64,000 nucleotides of DNA from Marinicella sp. GTDB taxonomy: Bacteria > Pseudomonadota > Gammaproteobacteria > Xanthomonadales > Marinicellaceae. A model generated the notes under the pieces. The model was not told the origin of the DNA, ran no database searches, and saw nothing but the letters and a program-made list of their open reading frames with translations. The first letter of the stretch is position 1. Each line of letters begins with the position of its first letter. The stretch is taken from assembly GCA_965230295.1 (NCBI GenBank), contig OZ246001.1:1920001-1984000 (forward strand), given 5' to 3'. The translations under genes were made by a program, and so were the position numbers. Positions 37,214 through 47,158 of this stretch are shown in pieces.

Positions 37214-38017
37214 TTATCGGTATTGATTCACCAGATTCTTCAAATCAACACAAGCCTGTTCAGCGGCTTGGGCGTAATTCTCTTGGTTGTCGCCGGCATA
37301 AATGATGCCGCGTGATGAAGAAATGATCAGGCCTTTGCGATCTTGTCGCAGTCCGGCTTTTAAGGTGGCTTCAACATCACCACCTTGGGCGCCGATGCCC
37401 GGAATCAACAAAGGCATGTTGCCAACCAATTGCCTGATTTGCGCCAGTTCTGATGGGTAAGTGGCACCCACCACCAACAGTAAATTGTGGTTGCTGTTCC
37501 AATCGCTGCTGGCTTTTTGTGCCACCGCCTGGAACAAGGAACCACCATTGGCCAATGTCAGGTTTTGTAATTCACCTGATCCTGCATTGGAGGTTTTACA
37601 CAGCACCACCACACCTTTGTCAGCGAACTTCGAATAAGGCTCGATGGTGTCACCACCCATATAGGGGTTAACCGTCACGGCATCAGCCTGGTAACGATCA
37701 AAAGCTTCTGCTGCATATTGTTCGGCGGTACTGCCAATGTCGCCACGTTTCGCATCCAGAATCACCGGAACCGCAGGGTATTGATCATGGATATAGCTTA
37801 TGATGTCAGTCAATTCCTGTTCAGCGCCCATGGCAGCAAAATAGGCAATTTGTGGTTTGAAGGCACACACATGGTTGGCGGTGGCATCAACGATGCCTTT
37901 CAACCAGGTCAATAAATTCAGATCCAAAGCAGCGATTTTTTCTGGATTGGGATCCAGGCCCACACAGACCAGTGAGTTGTTGTTCTCTTGTGCTAGTTCT
38001 AATTGCTCGATAAACAT
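37214..38017 (-). CDS. pyrF: Orotidine-5'-phosphate decarboxylase (long type-2 form)
   Basis: VCVGLDP, ILDAKRGDIGST, VNPYMG, VVGATYP, LIPGIGAQGG and SSSRGI. Confidence 0.95.
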   Translation of the reverse strand: MFIEQLELAQENNNSLVCVGLDPNPEKIAALDLNLLTWLKGIVDATANHVCAFKPQIAYFAAMGAEQELTDIISYIHDQYPAVPVILDAKRGDIGSTAEQYAAEAFDRYQADAVTVNPYMGGDTIEPYSKFADKGVVVLCKTSNAGSGELQNLTLANGGSLFQAVAQKASSDWNSNHNLLLVVGATYPSELAQIRQLVGNMPLLIPGIGAQGGDVEATLKAGLRQDRKGLIISSSRGIIYAGDNQENYAQAAEQACVDLKNLVNQYR

Positions 38018-38089
38018 GGACTTGAAAATAAAAAGAATGCGTCTATTTTACAGTAAGGGAACTTTGTTTGAGTCAGTGAATCAGAACAG

Positions 38090-39433
38090 ATGATGAAAAA
38101 AACAGCATTTATATTCTTAATGGCCATGCTCGGTACAGCACAGGCTACCTTACCAGCAGCGGTCAATGGTCAAAAGGTACCATCTTTGGCACCCATTTTG
38201 GAACAGGTGACGCCAGCAGTGGTTAACATCAACACCCAATCAGTACAGTATGTGCGTTCGCGTAACAGTGATTTTTACAATTGGTTTTATGGTTTACCGA
38301 ACACACCTCGGGAACGGGTAACCCAGTCACTGGGTTCCGGTGTGATCGTTGATGCCATCAAGGGTTACATCCTCACCAACCACCATGTGGTCAATGAAGC
38401 CGATGACATTTCGGTGGTGTTGCATGATGGCAGGACTTACAGCGCGACCCTGATCGGTTCCGATGATGGCACCGATGTGGCAGTGATTCAAATTGAAGCA
38501 GACAACTTAACGGCTTTGCCCTTGGCAGATTCCGAACAATTGCGGGTTGGTGATTTTGTCGTGGCCGTTGGTAATCCCTTTGGTTTGGGGCAAACTGTCA
38601 CCTCAGGCATCATCAGTGCCCTGGGCCGAACCAGCCTGAGTGGTTTGGGGTATCAGAACTTCATTCAAACTGACGCCTCCATCAATCCAGGCAACTCAGG
38701 CGGTGCCTTGATTGATTTGAACGGTTCATTGGTGGGTATCAACACGGCCATTTTTTCACCCTCCGGTGGCAACGTGGGTATAGGTTTTGCCATTCCGTCA
38801 TCTTTGGCACAGCGGATGATGCGTCAATTGGTTGAATATGGCACGGTGCGCCGTGGCTCGTTGGGCATGGGTGTCCAAGACATCACTGAACGTCTGGCCA
38901 GGGCTTTTGATGTGGGGCAGAAACAAGGGGTTTTGGTGACCTCAGTCGACCCGGATTCGCCGGCCGATCGGGCTGGTTTGAAAGTGGGTGACATCATCAC
39001 CGAACTCAATGGTGACCGGATCAGCAGTCAAAAGCAATTTCAGAATTACGAGGGTTTGATTGAGTTGGACAGTCAGGTCAATATTGACTATTTACGCAAT
39101 GACCGTTCAAGACAAGTCAAGACCTTGATCACCGAAGCCGATCGCAATGAAATCAAGGGCAATGAGTTGCACCCATTGCTCAAGGGCACCTTGCTCAGTA
39201 ACTTACCGGTGCAATACCGAGATCGCTTTCAAGGTGTTTTGATCGAAGAAATCGAAAGGGGCTCGTCAGCTTGGGAATTGGGCTTGCGGGCTGGAGATTT
39301 GATCACCGCAGTCAACAAAGCTGAGATCAACAGCCTGAAGCAACTGACCCAAGGTGTCGAGCGGTCAAGAAAAGAACCTTTGTTGAACATATATCGAAAT
39401 GGTCGCAACTATTTGTTACCATTGGAAGACTGA
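38090..39433 (+). CDS. degQ: Do/DegQ family periplasmic serine protease with two PDZ domains
   Basis: LGSGVI, TNHHVV, FIQTDASINPGNSGG and two PDZ domains. Confidence 0.88.
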   Translation: MMKKTAFIFLMAMLGTAQATLPAAVNGQKVPSLAPILEQVTPAVVNINTQSVQYVRSRNSDFYNWFYGLPNTPRERVTQSLGSGVIVDAIKGYILTNHHVVNEADDISVVLHDGRTYSATLIGSDDGTDVAVIQIEADNLTALPLADSEQLRVGDFVVAVGNPFGLGQTVTSGIISALGRTSLSGLGYQNFIQTDASINPGNSGGALIDLNGSLVGINTAIFSPSGGNVGIGFAIPSSLAQRMMRQLVEYGTVRRGSLGMGVQDITERLARAFDVGQKQGVLVTSVDPDSPADRAGLKVGDIITELNGDRISSQKQFQNYEGLIELDSQVNIDYLRNDRSRQVKTLITEADRNEIKGNELHPLLKGTLLSNLPVQYRDRFQGVLIEEIERGSSAWELGLRAGDLITAVNKAEINSLKQLTQGVERSRKEPLLNIYRNGRNYLLPLED

Positions 39434-39828
39434 TGCCAGGCGTGGAAGACCTCAATAAGCTATTAAGCCACATGGAGCCCCGTTGTATCGATGGTGAGTT
39501 CGTCTTTTGTTCGGTTGCCGGGCCAGTTTCGGACTATTTGGATTTAGTACCTTTGGCCACCTGCCAGGAGCAAGAAGGCTTGACTTTGGTGTTGCCTCGT
39601 GATCAGGCTGATCAAGCAGGTTTATCGTATGCCGGCGTTTTCAAACAAATCACCCTGTCTGTTCATTCATCACTGCACGCAGTGGGGTTGACGGCTGCGG
39701 TTGCCACACAACTGGCAACAAAAGGCATCAGTGCCAATGTGATCGCGGCTTATTACCATGATCACATTTTTGTACCTGCTGATAAAGCCAACGAAGCCTA
39801 TTTGGCATTACAAGCATTATCAGATTGA
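39433..39828 (+). CDS. ACT domain protein (DUF2241-like)
   Basis: EQEGLTLV, ITLSVHSSL…VGLTAAV and ISANVIAAYYHDHIFV. Confidence 0.85.
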   Translation: MPGVEDLNKLLSHMEPRCIDGEFVFCSVAGPVSDYLDLVPLATCQEQEGLTLVLPRDQADQAGLSYAGVFKQITLSVHSSLHAVGLTAAVATQLATKGISANVIAAYYHDHIFVPADKANEAYLALQALSD

Positions 39829-39831
39829 TTT

Positions 39832-41886
39832 TCACTGTTGACGGAATTCTGCTGCTTTGCTAGCCAGATCATTAACCACTTGTGATGGCGCATTTCCAGC
39901 AGCAATCAAATCGGTGTTTTCATACGGATCGATGGTTAAATCATATAACTCTTGTTCACCAGTTTCAGATTCGAATAACTTGTAAGATCCATCAGAGATG
40001 ACCCATTCTTCGGTGTTGTTGGTCTTGCGTTCGGAGAATTGGAATTGACGGGTACTGGCGGATTCATTCAACAACGGTATAAAAGATGTGCTGTCATTGA
40101 TCTGGTCAACGTTTACCCCTGCCAATGCTGCAAGGGTGCTGAATAAATCAGTGGTGTTCAGCAGGGCGTTTTCGCGTTCACCCATGCGGCCCACACCAGG
40201 ACCAGAAATCATAAAGGGTATGTTGATTCCGCCTTGGTTCAATGACCCTTTCACTTGCCCCCTTTGGTAAGGTGATTGAGCCACTTCACTGGGTGTTCCA
40301 TTGTCTCCGATAAACACCACAATGGTATTTTCAAAGCTGCTTGGGTCCAATGAATCCAAAAGCCGGCCAATTTCAGTGTCCATCGCTTCAATGGCAGCAA
40401 AATAGTAGGGCATGGGGTTGGCGTCAATGTCTGCTGTTGTGCCAGACAGTTGGCGGTTGTGTAAGTGTTCCGGCGGCAAGTGAAAAGGCGTATGTGGTGC
40501 ATTGAAAGCCAACCACAAAAACCATGGTTGGTTTTGCTCATTGGTCCAATCGATGGCCAAATCGACTAATTTTGAAGTGACGTATTCGGTTTGGGCTGTT
40601 TGGGTGCCATTGGTGGTCAAGTCCCAATCGAAATAACTCGGGACACCGCCAGATATAATTCCTGCATAGTGGCTGATACCAAGTTTGGCAGGGTGGTTTA
40701 AATCATTGTTTCCAGGGCCTACATGCCATTTGCCGATGATGGCATCTGAATACCTATTGGGTAGGAGTTGATGGATGTATGATTGTAAGGAAGTCTCATC
40801 TTCAGACAGCACGTTACCGGGAAAGAAAACCCCAGTCCTGTTGCTGTATTTGCCTGTTAAGATGCCTGCTCGTGTCGGGCTGCAAGTTGGGCTGGACCAA
40901 GCATTCTCAAACACCAGACCACTGTTGGCCAGACCATCAAGAGTGGGCGTGCTGGGTTGTTGCGCAGAGATGTTGTACAGCGAAGATGCATCTTTTCCCA
41001 AATCATCGGCAATCAACAACAATATATTCGGGGCAGGGGCTTCATCACAAAGCGGATTGCCCACACGGGTTAAACGCGTTAGGGTCTGTTTACCTTGTCC
41101 AAACCCAGTGAGTTGTGATTGGTAATCCAGTTTACCGTATTCACACCCCAGTTCGATTTGTATGTTGCCCCATGGTTGTACCTGGACATCTTGGGGATCA
41201 AAATCTGCACCAAAACGTCCCCCGCTGGTGACATACACATCTGTTATGTCGATGGCTTGGCCATTTTGCTCACCAGAACCAAAAAACCAGGCCTGATCGC
41301 CATTGACATCATAGCTGAACCAATAAACCAGGACTCGATCATCTATCAGTTTCTCGATCACCAACCCTTCGCCGTTGTGTGTTTGATCAAACCAAGATCC
41401 TGTAACTGCTGATGATGTAGCCGATGGGTTGGTACAGTCCAAGCCTGCAAGCGTGGTGATGCGGGTCAGGGCTTGGCTGCCCTGGATGCCATCAATGGTA
41501 TATGTTGCATTGGCTGAGAAACAATCAAACCAATTGATGGTCAAAGAACCGGATGACGACACCTCTACATCTTCAGAATTGAATTGATCGCCAAACGCTG
41601 CACCTCTTGCCAACAGTACCTCGTTGAATACAATCGAATCCTCTATCACTGTACCCACAGCAAAAAACCAACGCTGTGCCCCTGATTCATCATAGGTAAA
41701 CCAATAGGCTAATGCCGTATCATCTTGCAAAACTTGAAGCACAAACCCCTCACCGTTGTGGCTGGCGTCATACCAAGATCCGCTCATGTTGGCGTCGACT
41801 ACAACCTGCTCTTGTGCAAAAACATGGAAGCAGCAGGTCAACATGTATGAGTAAATCCAAATTTTTTTTAGAATCACTTTATTCAT
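39832..41886 (-). CDS. Secreted sulfatase with two N-terminal GSW-type repeat domains
   Basis: PNILLLIADDLG, CSPTRAGILTG (FGly motif), GKWH, APHTP and GDNG. Two GSW(Y/F)D..HNGEG repeats precede the catalytic domain. Start is uncertain. Confidence 0.88.
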   Translation of the reverse strand: MNKVILKKIWIYSYMLTCCFHVFAQEQVVVDANMSGSWYDASHNGEGFVLQVLQDDTALAYWFTYDESGAQRWFFAVGTVIEDSIVFNEVLLARGAAFGDQFNSEDVEVSSSGSLTINWFDCFSANATYTIDGIQGSQALTRITTLAGLDCTNPSATSSAVTGSWFDQTHNGEGLVIEKLIDDRVLVYWFSYDVNGDQAWFFGSGEQNGQAIDITDVYVTSGGRFGADFDPQDVQVQPWGNIQIELGCEYGKLDYQSQLTGFGQGKQTLTRLTRVGNPLCDEAPAPNILLLIADDLGKDASSLYNISAQQPSTPTLDGLANSGLVFENAWSSPTCSPTRAGILTGKYSNRTGVFFPGNVLSEDETSLQSYIHQLLPNRYSDAIIGKWHVGPGNNDLNHPAKLGISHYAGIISGGVPSYFDWDLTTNGTQTAQTEYVTSKLVDLAIDWTNEQNQPWFLWLAFNAPHTPFHLPPEHLHNRQLSGTTADIDANPMPYYFAAIEAMDTEIGRLLDSLDPSSFENTIVVFIGDNGTPSEVAQSPYQRGQVKGSLNQGGINIPFMISGPGVGRMGERENALLNTTDLFSTLAALAGVNVDQINDSTSFIPLLNESASTRQFQFSERKTNNTEEWVISDGSYKLFESETGEQELYDLTIDPYENTDLIAAGNAPSQVVNDLASKAAEFRQQ

Positions 41887-42087
41887 TAGGTAAGAATTCA
41901 TGATTAATCATACCGTATTTTTAACGGGTCATGGTATTCCAACGCTGGGGTCGGAAATGCGTTGACACAGAAATAAAAAATTTCATTTGAGGGCCCAATG
42001 CCGCCTATTTCACTGATGTTATTTACTGTCGAAAAATAAGCTGTTGTTGCTGTCAATTGACCCATTGGACAGGGAACATGAAGAATG

Positions 42088-42236
42088 AAGGAATGTTCTT
42101 GGGGCTTCATTCACTTTTGTTCCAGACAAAAGTGAAAACGACCACGGCGAACATGACTTGCTACCTCGCGCTCTTCGCCTCTGATTCGCATTGCTCACCA
42201 ACCGGCTCGGCGGGTCAAGCTGCTCAGCAGCTTTCC
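42088..42236. repeat. 149-bp structured intergenic repeat, copy 1
   Basis: Near-identical to 43549-43784 apart from an insertion there. Contains the hairpins TTCACTTTTGT/ACAAAAGTGAA and AAGCTGCT/AGCAGCTT. Confidence 0.88.
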
Positions 42237-42288
42237 CCCGCTGAATCAGTTATAATCATTTCTGTTGAGCACAAAACATTTAATCAAT

Positions 42289-42681
42289 ATGAAAGAAGAC
42301 CTCAAAGCAGAACTCAAAGATAAACTGGATCCGGTCAGTTATGAAGTGATAGTGAACAAAGCCACAGAGCGACCTCACACGGGCGAATACAACCTCAATT
42401 ATCAAGACGGCCAATACACCTGTAAAGCCTGCGGGGAGGTGTTGTTTGACAGTTCGTCGAAATTTGATGCGGGTTGTGGCTGGCCCAGTTTTGATCAAGA
42501 AATAGAAGCCGGTAAAATCAAAGAAGTGTTTGATGAATCTCACGGCATGCGCCGCACAGAAATTGTTTGTGCCAACTGCGAAGGCCATTTAGGACATGTG
42601 TTCAATGATGGCCCAACAGAAACGGGCCTGCGCTATTGTGTGAATTCCGTTTCGCTGGATTTTGCAGCCAGCGAATCATGA
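42289..42681 (+). CDS. msrB: Peptide-methionine (R)-S-oxide reductase MsrB
   Basis: [34 protein letters not shown] and RYCVNS. Confidence 0.96.
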   Translation: MKEDLKAELKDKLDPVSYEVIVNKATERPHTGEYNLNYQDGQYTCKACGEVLFDSSSKFDAGCGWPSFDQEIEAGKIKEVFDESHGMRRTEIVCANCEGHLGHVFNDGPTETGLRYCVNSVSLDFAASES

Positions 42682-42872
42682 AGGCATGGCTTAAAATCGT
42701 ATTGACGTTAGCGGCACTGACGTTGGCTGAGCCTGGTCGGGCCATGACGGGTATAGATTCGGTGGCTTATTTGTGGGTGATTGGCTTGATATTAATGGGC
42801 ATTTTGGGCTTGCTGGTGTGGGTGATTAAATTTCTGAACCGTGTAAAAGAGGATTCAAAAAAACATGAATGA
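42678..42872 (+). CDS. Small membrane protein (64 aa) between msrB and the GST gene
   Basis: ATGA overlap with the msrB stop and overlap with the GST start. Signal-like N-terminus plus a TM helix. Confidence 0.6.
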   Translation: MKAWLKIVLTLAALTLAEPGRAMTGIDSVAYLWVIGLILMGILGLLVWVIKFLNRVKEDSKKHE

Positions 42873-43527
42873 AACCATTAAATTAATCATCGGTAACAAA
42901 AATTATTCATCTTGGTCTTTGCGACCTTGGCTGCTGCTGTCTGCTCACAACATTCCATTTGAGGAAATTGTTGTGCCTTTGTATACTGACCAATCAGCTG
43001 CTGAATTGGCCCGTTATTCAGCCGCTGGAAAAGTCCCTGTTTTGCACCATGGTGATGTGGTCATTTGGGATTCGCTGGCCATTTGTGAATATGTATCAGA
43101 ACAGTTCTTGGATGGTAGCGGTTGGCCAAATGACCCTGTTGCCAGGGCATATGCCCGCTCATACAGTGCGGAAATGCATTCTGGTTTTTTTGCCATCCGT
43201 GAAAATTTACCAATGAATTGCCGGGCATCGGATCGGAAGGTTACATTGACGGATGACATCAACAAAGAAGTGTCGCGATTGGATCATATGTGGACTGAAC
43301 TGCGTAACAAATATGCTGCTCAGGGACCGTGGCTATTAGGAAAATTTTCCATCGCAGATTGCATGTTCGCCCCTGTGGCCATTCGGTTCCATACCTACAA
43401 CATTCAGGTGTCTGAAACAGCTGGTCAATACATGCAACAGGTTCTAGAGTACCCAAAAGTTCAACAATGGATGGCCGAAGGTGAAGAAGAAACAGAGGTC
43501 ATCGAAGGATTTGAAGTTGGCCAGTAA
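42865..43527 (+). CDS. Glutathione S-transferase family protein
   Basis: GNKNYSSWSLRPW, GKVPVL, WDSLAICEY, AEMHSGF and SIADCMFAPV. Confidence 0.92.
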   Translation: MNETIKLIIGNKNYSSWSLRPWLLLSAHNIPFEEIVVPLYTDQSAAELARYSAAGKVPVLHHGDVVIWDSLAICEYVSEQFLDGSGWPNDPVARAYARSYSAEMHSGFFAIRENLPMNCRASDRKVTLTDDINKEVSRLDHMWTELRNKYAAQGPWLLGKFSIADCMFAPVAIRFHTYNIQVSETAGQYMQQVLEYPKVQQWMAEGEEETEVIEGFEVGQ

Positions 43528-43548
43528 AGAATTGAGTCAATCTATAGA

Positions 43549-43784
43549 AAGGAATGTTCTTGGGGCTTCATTCTGGTTCATGGTCTGACAGGTCTTCATA
43601 TTTGCTGCGCAAATAAACCGACCTTTACAGACTATTGTCTGAGCAGTTGCTTCGCACTGCATGTCTGTTCTAGACAAAAGTGAAAACGACCACGGCGAAC
43701 ATGACTTGCTACCTCGCGCGCTTCGCCTCTGATTCGCGATGCTCACCAGCCGGCTCGGCGGGTCGAGCTGCTCAGCAGCTTTCC
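43549..43784. repeat. Structured intergenic repeat, copy 2, with a 92-bp hairpin-rich insert
   Basis: Matches 42088-42236, with 43574-43665 replacing ACTTT. Confidence 0.88.
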
Positions 43785-43859
43785 TGTGTACACTTTTTTG
43801 CCATTGATTGATTGACAGATCCGCCTTATGATTCTTCATTTTCAATGCTGATCAATTTT

Positions 43860-44558
43860 ATGAGTAAAAATATAAAACATGTTTTCACCCTTTTAAAAAC
43901 GATTGCGATCATATTTTTATCAGTGGTGGTGTTCAATTTTTTCTTCGATCGTGCCAACCAGCCCACTGAAGAAGAACAGATAGAAGCCATGCTGGGTGAA
44001 CTTGAGAAACAAGTCAAAACAGTTACCACCAGCAAAGACTCATTTGAGTATCCCATCCAGCGCCGCCCAGCAGCTGAGTATAGGGTGACAGAAAAATCAA
44101 TAGAGGATGCGAGGGGTGATCAGTACCTGTTTATCTGTGCAGTATCTTCGGCAGTTGGCATGGTTCAGAGGGCCCAGACACTGGTGAATCTGGGATTGGA
44201 TCATCAAAATGAATTAACGGTTGATGTGGATAAAATGGTGTTGATGCTGGCCCCCGCTGAGACACTGTGTGAAGAAAGCCGGGTCATTGCCATAGGCTAT
44301 TTTGTACCTGCAGGGACTGGTTGGACAGGCATTTCATCCGGAGACTGGCAATGGTTGGTTCGTACGTCCCATGCCAAAGTGAGTGCCGATGAGATTGAAG
44401 CGACACAGCTATATATGTCAAAAAAGGCAGAATTTATTGCTGATTTTGGCATGATGGACTACCCCGATAAGCTGGATGAGTTTGTGGCTGAGCAATTAGG
44501 CAGAGACCCCAAGTACGTGACGGCTGGTATGTGGAACGATGATTTTGTGAAGCGATGA
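43860..44558 (+). CDS. Hypothetical membrane-anchored protein
   Basis: N-terminal TM helix. Upstream TTGATT-N17-TATGAT promoter-like sequence at 43804-43832. Confidence 0.65.
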   Translation: MSKNIKHVFTLLKTIAIIFLSVVVFNFFFDRANQPTEEEQIEAMLGELEKQVKTVTTSKDSFEYPIQRRPAAEYRVTEKSIEDARGDQYLFICAVSSAVGMVQRAQTLVNLGLDHQNELTVDVDKMVLMLAPAETLCEESRVIAIGYFVPAGTGWTGISSGDWQWLVRTSHAKVSADEIEATQLYMSKKAEFIADFGMMDYPDKLDEFVAEQLGRDPKYVTAGMWNDDFVKR

Positions 44559-44628
44559 AGTGCCTAATGCATACATGTGGCCAACCACAAAACACCACAG
44601 GCTACCTGAGCAACAGGAAAGTGGCGCT

Positions 44629-45051
44629 ATGAAACAAACCATCGTACACATCGCTTTGGTGGTTAAAGATTACGATGAAGCGATTGAATTTTATACCCAG
44701 AAACTGAACTTCACCTTGCTCGAAGACCAGTACCAAGCCGAGCAAGACAAAAGATGGGTGGTGGTGGCGCCACCTGGCTCTCATGGCACCACAATCCTGT
44801 TGGCCAAAGCATCCAAACCGGAACAACAGCCGTTCATTGGAAACCAGTCAGGAGGCCGGGTGTTTTTGTTTCTGAACACCGATGATTTTTGGCGAGACTA
44901 CCATGCGATGGTGGCCAAAGGCATACATTTTGTGCGAGAACCCAAGCAGGCTGATTATGGCCTGGTGGCGGTGTTTGAAGATTTGTATGGTAACTTGTGG
45001 GATTTGTTACAACTCAACGATGATCACCCCATAAGCAAAAGATCCGGATGA
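44629..45051 (+). CDS. VOC/glyoxalase family protein
   Basis: HIALVVKDYDEAIEFY, KRWVVV and VAVFEDLYGNLWDL. Confidence 0.9.
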   Translation: MKQTIVHIALVVKDYDEAIEFYTQKLNFTLLEDQYQAEQDKRWVVVAPPGSHGTTILLAKASKPEQQPFIGNQSGGRVFLFLNTDDFWRDYHAMVAKGIHFVREPKQADYGLVAVFEDLYGNLWDLLQLNDDHPISKRSG

Positions 45052-45115
45052 TCATCACCTCAGTATAGGGCAGTGGTTTATAATTGTTGTAACGACAATT
45101 AACAGGAGCCTAACC

Positions 45116-45517
45116 ATGTCTACCAATTTCATTGCCTGGGGGATCTATTTTTTATTGGCCGCACTGGCTGTCTACTTCAATTGGCACGCAGAAATTCTTC
45201 AGTTTTCAGGTCAGCTGGGACTGGTTAAGTTGGTCATTCTGTTGATTTATATAGGCTTTGTCATTTACAGCTATTATTGCAGTAAGCGTGAAAACATTTT
45301 TCGATCAGTGAAATCAATGGGCCAACTACATTGGGGTCGTCAGATCATGATAGACCTGTATCTGGGCTTTTTGCTGAGTTTATTCATCATATTTTTGCAC
45401 CAAGGACTGCTTGTGATGGCCTTGTGGGCCTTACCTATTCTGTTGTTTGGCAACTTGGCAACTTTGTTGTATTTTGTCATTCATTTTGAATCATTGGTCA
45501 GTCATTTTATGGCCTAA
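45116..45517 (+). CDS. Hypothetical membrane protein
   Basis: Four hydrophobic segments, WGRQIMIDLY and FGNLATLLY. RBS AGGAG. Confidence 0.75.
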   Translation: MSTNFIAWGIYFLLAALAVYFNWHAEILQFSGQLGLVKLVILLIYIGFVIYSYYCSKRENIFRSVKSMGQLHWGRQIMIDLYLGFLLSLFIIFLHQGLLVMALWALPILLFGNLATLLYFVIHFESLVSHFMA

Positions 45518-45585
45518 CCAGCCATCAGTTGTCCAAAGTACGACATCAATAGTATAATGGCTTGTCCAAACATCAGGAGCATCCC

Positions 45586-46041
45586 ATGCGCACATTATTG
45601 ATCATTTTTACTTTGGTAAACATCACACTTTTTAAATCGGTTGAAGCAGCACCAGAGATACCTGATCCAAAGTTGCGAGCAGCGGTGGAAGCACTGTCAG
45701 CTTCAACCTTAGTTGATGGCAAAGGCTGGGAAGCCTACGATCGACTGGTTCACCCAGGTTATTCTCGATGGGCCATGGGACAAATTTACGAAGGTCGAGA
45801 AAAGTTTATCAGAAGCCTTGAAGAATGGTGGAACTATGGTATGCGAGTGGCCAAACGCGATATTGAAATGATTGGTGTTGATGTGGTTGGTAACTTGGCT
45901 TTTATACGTTTCAAAACCACTGAGTCATTTACCGGTCCAAACGGTCCAACGGCAGGATTTTCTGGCTATGTATCCAATGTCTGGATCAAGGAAAACGACA
46001 ATTGGCTGTTGTTGTCAGCGGAGATCTCATCGACAGAATAA
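45586..46041 (+). CDS. Secreted NTF2-like (DUF4440) protein
   Basis: Signal peptide, LVHPGY, and VWIKENDNWLL C-terminus. Confidence 0.7.
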   Translation: MRTLLIIFTLVNITLFKSVEAAPEIPDPKLRAAVEALSASTLVDGKGWEAYDRLVHPGYSRWAMGQIYEGREKFIRSLEEWWNYGMRVAKRDIEMIGVDVVGNLAFIRFKTTESFTGPNGPTAGFSGYVSNVWIKENDNWLLLSAEISSTE

Positions 46042-46081
46042 ATCGGCATAAGTTATTTGCTGTTCGAACAAAGTTGATTTC

Positions 46082-46936
46082 ATGAGAACTCTCAGCCAGG
46101 AACTGATGGTTTTGATTGTATTGCTTAGTGTATTTTCTCATTCAGTGGTGGCAGAAACAAATGAACCTGACAGCTCTAATTTCATCAACATCAACAAAGA
46201 TCAATTCGCAGCCAACCTTCACCTTCCCAAGAATCAAACAAACTTGTCTGTTGTTATCGTGATTGGTGGCTCCAGTGGCGGGATGCGAAGTGAAAGAGGT
46301 GAATTGTTGGCATCACAGGGTATTGCGGCTTTGACCTTGGCTTACTTCAGGTATAAAGACCTGCCAAACACTTTAGATAACATCCCGGTTGAAAGTGTGT
46401 TGGATGCGATCGACATCCTAGAAACCATTCCAGGTATTGATGCCAACCGAATTGGCATTTGGGGCGCATCACGAGGCAGCGAATTGGCTTTTTTGGCAGC
46501 AACACACGATCCTCGCATAAAGTCTGTAGTAGCAACCACGCCCAGTTTGGTCGCGTGGCACGGGCAAACCGGTTCAACAGCATGGACCTTAAAAGGCCAG
46601 CCTATCACTGCTTTGAGCTTTGATCGAAGCAGTGATCAATCCTTTTATGCAAGAGCCAGCCGTGCATTGGCAGACAAAGACCAGGTAGCCAAAGCCCAAT
46701 TCAAGTTCAATCAAATCAATGGTCCTTTATTACTTATTTCAGCAGAACAAGATCAGATTTGGCCTTCATACGAGATGGCACAGACCATCAGGAAGCAACT
46801 CGAAGATCAGGATTTTAAACACGCTGTAGAGCACCGTTCTTTCCCGACAGGTCATACCTTCAATGCTGAACTGATGCCTGAAATTAACACCATTGTCATC
46901 AGGCATTTTTTAATATCATTAGCCACATCACAGTGA
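46082..46936 (+). CDS. Acyl-CoA thioesterase/BAAT-type alpha/beta hydrolase, secreted
   Basis: IGGSSGG, LAYF, GASRGSE (nucleophile), DQIWPS and GH. Confidence 0.82.
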   Translation: MRTLSQELMVLIVLLSVFSHSVVAETNEPDSSNFININKDQFAANLHLPKNQTNLSVVIVIGGSSGGMRSERGELLASQGIAALTLAYFRYKDLPNTLDNIPVESVLDAIDILETIPGIDANRIGIWGASRGSELAFLAATHDPRIKSVVATTPSLVAWHGQTGSTAWTLKGQPITALSFDRSSDQSFYARASRALADKDQVAKAQFKFNQINGPLLLISAEQDQIWPSYEMAQTIRKQLEDQDFKHAVEHRSFPTGHTFNAELMPEINTIVIRHFLISLATSQ

Positions 46937-46975
46937 AGATACAAGGAATTGGTTCATGCTGACGGTTGTCACTAC

Positions 46976-47069
46976 CGTCATCCCGGACTCCGATCCGGGA
47001 TCCAGTGTCTTTGTCGTATATGAAGCAACCATTTAAAGACGCTGGATACCAGCCTTCGCCGGAATGACG
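46976..47069. repeat. CGTC-type REP heterodoublet, empty form
   Basis: CGTCATCCCGGACTCCGATCCGGGATCCAGTGTCTTT, a spacer of about 22 bp, then AAAGACGCTGGATACCAGCCTTCGCCGGAATGACG. Confidence 0.9.
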
Positions 47070-47158
47070 TTCGTACTTTAGCCTGAGTACGGGTACATTT
47101 AAAGTCACATGATATTGCCTTGGTGTTAAAATAAGGTGACAAACCTCAAAGTGCAAAC

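Noticed and set aside
43537-43845. ORFs 43537-43845, 42019-42201 and 42057-42323 with similar peptides
   Set aside because: The similarity is simply translation of the non-coding repeat.
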